Source: Candidatus Midichloria mitochondrii IricVA (GTDB lineage Bacteria; Pseudomonadota; Alphaproteobacteria; Rickettsiales; Midichloriaceae). From it: 32,000 nucleotides of DNA. A program made the translations under genes and the position numbers. Below are positions 28,816-32,000 of the stretch, in pieces. Positions within the stretch are counted from its first letter, which is position 1. Every line of letters begins with the position of its first letter. The stretch spans positions 960,001 to 992,000 of the forward strand of contig NC_015722.1 in the NCBI RefSeq assembly GCF_000219355.1, written 5' to 3'. Under the pieces are notes generated by a model. That model did no database searches, was not told the origin of the DNA, and saw nothing but the letters and a program-made list of their open reading frames with translations.

Positions 28816-28967
28816 TTTACTATTGAAAGTTATCAAGGTAAACTCCAACAAAAAATTAATGAATTTAGTATAATAATACTTGAAGATTATATCAAGCAAT
28901 ACTATGCTTCAAAAAAGCATCGTTTAGTAAGTCATTGAAGTATATCTTGAAATTTTTATTAGAAAGT

Positions 28968-29426
28968 TCATTTAATCAGAGTATTGTTGAAAAGCTCATT
29001 AGCCCGGGCTTGAAAGGCGTTGATAATTTTTTCGCAGGCTAGTGGTGACATTTGGCTAATAGCTAACTCTGATATCCTGGATTTTAATGCGAAAGTGATT
29101 GAGAAGTGTACTTCTGTTTTGTGATTGTCAGCTTTAGTTAATAACCACTGGCTTTCCATTTGTTTAAATGGGCTTGAATTAGAGGTGATTAAAACTGCAG
29201 CCTTTCCTTTCTTTATCGGAAATAGAGTAATGTTGGAGATATATTTTTCACGTATTCCAAGGGCTTTTATTACTACTTCAGCTTCTATAGAATTCTTTTC
29301 TTGTTTTAATATTCTTAAGTTATCGCACCAAGGAATGAACTTAGGGTATTGATTAATATCTGATACCAATTCGTAAAGCTGTTTGATTTCATAATCACTA
29401 ATGATTTTTTTGCTAAAGTGGTGCAT
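28968..29426 (-). CDS. ratA: SRPBCC/START-fold protein (RatA / COQ10-like ubiquinone-binding family)
   Basis: 152 aa. 'LYELVSDINQYPKFIPWC' followed by alternating beta-strand segments and a C-terminal helix, as in RatA/Coq10 proteins. Confidence 0.75.
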   Translation of the reverse strand: MHHFSKKIISDYEIKQLYELVSDINQYPKFIPWCDNLRILKQEKNSIEAEVVIKALGIREKYISNITLFPIKKGKAAVLITSNSSPFKQMESQWLLTKADNHKTEVHFSITFALKSRISELAISQMSPLACEKIINAFQARANELFNNTLIK

Positions 29427-29730
29427 GGATTAACCTAAATTATTTATAGGCTTTTATAACTTTTTTATATTTCGTGAGATAGATTAATTGATCCTTATGT
29501 TGATTCTCTAACTTTTTTAAATATTCTTCAAGATTTTCAATTGCACCTAAAAGTGTTGTTCTTTCTGGTTCTAATAATTTTATATCTATTTTAGAATATT
29601 GGATATCTTGATGAATATCTCTAATTGTAGCAAAGCTAAGATTTATTTTTTTATTATCTCCATTTCTTTTTCCATAATACGTAAAATATGAGCAGCGACT
29701 TTTTTTATCCTTCCTTTGATTGAAATTATT

Positions 29731-30165
29731 TTATTTTCCATATCTTATTGCCGTTGTTGCAAGCTTATCAGCTTTTTCATTATACACATCACCATTATGC
29801 CCCCTAATCCAGCGCCATGATACGTCAAGTTTACTTGATAATAATTCAAGCTCTTGCCAAAGGTCTACGTTTTTTATCAATTTATTTTTATTACGCCAAT
29901 TGTTTTTCTTCCATTTTTGTATCCAATTAGTTATTCCGTTGCATACGTATTTGCTATCAGTATAAACTTCTACTTTGACATTTCTTTTAATAACTTTTAG
30001 TGCTTCGATTGCTGCAGTTAATTCCATACGATTATTTGTGGTATTTTCTTCAAAACCAGATATTGCCTTAGTAGTATCTTTCCAGATTAAAATTGCTCCC
30101 CACCCACCTTTCCCAGGATTACCTGAGCACGCGCCATCACAATATATTTTTAGAATATCAAACAT
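29731..30165 (-). CDS. rnhA: ribonuclease HI
   Basis: 144 aa. 'IYCDGACSGNPGKGGWGAIL', 'TNNRMELTAAIEAL', 'VYTDSKYV' and 'WIRGHNGDVYNEKADKLA' carry the D-E-D-D catalytic residues. Confidence 0.93.
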   Translation of the reverse strand: MFDILKIYCDGACSGNPGKGGWGAILIWKDTTKAISGFEENTTNNRMELTAAIEALKVIKRNVKVEVYTDSKYVCNGITNWIQKWKKNNWRNKNKLIKNVDLWQELELLSSKLDVSWRWIRGHNGDVYNEKADKLATTAIRYGK

Positions 30166-30204
30166 AAAATTTTTATTGTAATTGTATTTTAATTAAGTTA
30201 AGCA

Positions 30205-30502
30205 TTGATCGAAAATTTTTTATGTCAAATAAAATTACCAAAAATTGCAACTTTACATTCAATAAAAATTGAACTTGAAGGAGGGAGTAGCTATTATCGG
30301 TGCTCTTGTGGCTTTAAGTAATAGTCAACCATTTTGTGATGGTTCTCATAAAGATACAGGGTTTTTACCTATTGAATATAAAACGGAAGAGAGTAGAATT
30401 ATGGGGTTCTGTGGTTGTAAATATAGCAAAAAAGGAGCTATATGCGACGGTAGTCATAAATTATTAGAAAACTTTGAAGAGAAATATGAGATATTTGAAT
30501 AA
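30205..30502 (+). pseudogene. CDGSH-type iron-sulfur domain protein (two motifs), frameshifted
   Basis: The second motif is intact in ORF 30269-30502: 'CGCKYSKKGAICDGSH'. The first motif is split. Frame 1 reads '...IKIELEGGSSYYRCSCGFK' and hits TAA at 30319-30321, while the next frame reads 'NSQPFCDGSHK'. Deleting t30319 restores exact C-x-C-x2-x-x3-P-x-C-D-G-S-H spacing. The start is uncertain: TTG 30205 in the first frame, or ATG 30222 in the third frame, which would imply a second lesion. Confidence 0.65.
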
Positions 30503-31832
30503 ATTGATGAACTTGCTTAAATTTTTAAGTTTTATTTTGTTTTTTTGTATCGGTGGAGCATTGGCAAGTAATGTAACCTCTTCTAGTAAAGAAAATGGGG
30601 GCTTCAAGTTATTCAACACCGTCTTTAATATTGTGAAATTAGAATACGTTGAATATTTAAGTGATGCTAAGATTTTTGAATATGCCGCCCAAGGTTTGTT
30701 ATCTCTATTGGATCCTCATTCTGCTTATCTAAGTCCCAAATCCTATCAAGAAATGAAGAATTCTACTAAGGGGGAGTTTGGGGGCTTGGGTATGGAGCTG
30801 ACTATGGAAAATGGGATTATAAAAGTTATTTCACCATATGAAGATTCTCCGGCATATAAAGCTGGGATAAGGGCTGGAGATTACATAACTATGATTGATG
30901 GTAAATTAGTTAAGGGAATGAATTTAGGTGAAGCTAGTGAAAAATTGAGAGGAGAGCCGGGCACTAAAATTTCTTTAAAAATTTATCGGGATTCGGCTGG
31001 AGTTATTGACGTAAATTTAGAAAGAGAAATTATAAAAATAACTCCGGTAAGAAGTAAAACGATAGCTGCGGGAACTGTTGGCTATATTAAAGTTTCTATG
31101 TTTAACAATAAGGCTGCGAGCACTGTTAAAAAGGATTGGCTTACTATGATTAAAAATAACCCTAATTTGTTAGGATTGGTTCTTGACCTTAGGTCTAACC
31201 CTGGTGGTGTACTTGCCCAAGCTAAAGAGGTTGCAGATCTATTTTTAGTTGGAGGTGATATAGTAACTGTTGGCTCTAGAAATTCAGAGTATAATCAAGT
31301 TCTAAAAGCTAATGGAGAAGATATAACAAAAGGTCTACCAATTGCGGTAATAATTAACTCTGGTTCTGCTTCTGCGGCTGAGATTGTTGCTGGAGCTTTG
31401 CAAGATAATAAAAGAGCTTTAGTGGTAGGGGTAAAATCGTTTGGCAAAGGGTCAGTGCAAAAAGTTATACCGTTATTCAACGGTGCTGCTGTTAAGATTA
31501 CTACCTCACTTTATTATACTCCCTCAGGCACATCAATACAGGCCCATGGCATAGTTCCAGATATAGTAGTTCCAGAAGCGACTATTAAACCACTAGATAA
31601 GAGGGGAATTGCAGTATCAGAATCTTCGTTAATTGGCCATATTTCTAAGAAGCCAAATACTTCTAGTGTATTAATTAACTCTGATAATAATAATGGGCTA
31701 ATGCTTTCTTCGTTATTTGATTCTGAAGAATCTAATGATTTTCAACTTTTAAGAGCTGCGGATGTAGTGAAATCTATGTCTTTATATAAGAAAACTACTG
31801 TCGAGAATAACAATGCTAAGAAAATTAAATAA
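30486..31832 (+). CDS. ctpA: carboxy-terminal processing protease (S41 family)
   Basis: About 448 aa from the first ATG (the ORF opens at TTG 30474). Signal-anchor N-terminus; PDZ region 'FGGLGMEL...GIIKVISPYEDSPAYKAGIRAGDYI'. Also 'DLRSNPGG', the catalytic Ser in 'NSGSASAAEI' and the Lys in 'SFGKGSVQ'. Confidence 0.9.
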   Translation: MRYLNKLMNLLKFLSFILFFCIGGALASNVTSSSKENGGFKLFNTVFNIVKLEYVEYLSDAKIFEYAAQGLLSLLDPHSAYLSPKSYQEMKNSTKGEFGGLGMELTMENGIIKVISPYEDSPAYKAGIRAGDYITMIDGKLVKGMNLGEASEKLRGEPGTKISLKIYRDSAGVIDVNLEREIIKITPVRSKTIAAGTVGYIKVSMFNNKAASTVKKDWLTMIKNNPNLLGLVLDLRSNPGGVLAQAKEVADLFLVGGDIVTVGSRNSEYNQVLKANGEDITKGLPIAVIINSGSASAAEIVAGALQDNKRALVVGVKSFGKGSVQKVIPLFNGAAVKITTSLYYTPSGTSIQAHGIVPDIVVPEATIKPLDKRGIAVSESSLIGHISKKPNTSSVLINSDNNNGLMLSSLFDSEESNDFQLLRAADVVKSMSLYKKTTVENNNAKKIK

Positions 31833-32000
31833 TTATATAACTTTGTTTTTCATTACTGTACTTATTACAGTAGGTTCAAAAGAGGCCACCCCAGTCCAAT
31901 TACAGGATTTAGACATCGAGAAGTTTAATGATATTATGTCAAATAAGCAGCCGATCACTTTGCTATTTATTTTTACTTCATGGTGTAAAGCCTGTAAAAG
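31813..32000 (+). CDS. thioredoxin-fold thiol:disulfide oxidoreductase (TlpA/DsbE-like), 5' partial running off the window
   Basis: The ATG at 31813 overlaps the ctpA end. It gives 'MLRKLNNYITLFFITVLITVGS...' (signal/anchor), then 'PITLLFIFTSWCKACK' with a WCxxC redox motif. The ORF is open to the window edge. Confidence 0.6.
   Translation, partial: MLRKLNNYITLFFITVLITVGSKEATPVQLQDLDIEKFNDIMSNKQPITLLFIFTSWCKACK

Noticed and set aside
1-32000. CRISPR arrays, rRNA/tRNA genes, prophage or defence-system gene clusters
   Set aside because: I saw no short direct-repeat/spacer periodicity, no rRNA-like conserved blocks, no cloverleaf candidates in intergenic regions, and no nuclease, methylase or cyclase-type defence genes on either strand. 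The limit is visual inspection only.

Overview
AT-rich (roughly mid-30s % GC by eye) bacterial chromosome segment. It looks like a host-restricted alphaproteobacterium (Rickettsiales- or Holosporales-like); that placement is inference from gene content and order only. Intact housekeeping genes are pth-ychF, aspS-acpS, suhB, engB, nuoF, a class A PBP, uvrB, topA, tadA, nuoI, a RatA/COQ10-like gene, rnhA, ctpA and a partial thioredoxin-fold gene. These are interleaved with heavy gene decay. There are two about 810-bp degenerate IS1-family copies (about 95% identical, same orientation, 17 kb apart) and an IS982-family remnant. Multi-lesion pseudogenes include manC, an AcrB-type RND pump, an AAA-ATPase-like/PD-(D/E)XK-type gene and an unidentified gene at 4.3-5.1 kb. 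Single-frameshift genes are a class I aldolase (homopolymer run) and a CDGSH protein. The most unusual locus is 13.97-17.61 kb. It holds an orphan, very long and divergent flagellar hook protein (FlgE-like) preceded by a near-consensus sigma-54 promoter. Transcribed divergently from it is an intact 378-aa ORF that aligns collinearly with glutamine synthetase but is shortened and appears to lack much of the catalytic signature, so it is a candidate GS-derived pseudoenzyme. No rRNA, tRNA or CRISPR array was found. All family assignments rest on motif recognition by eye; no database search was possible. Pseudogene and IS boundaries are approximate.
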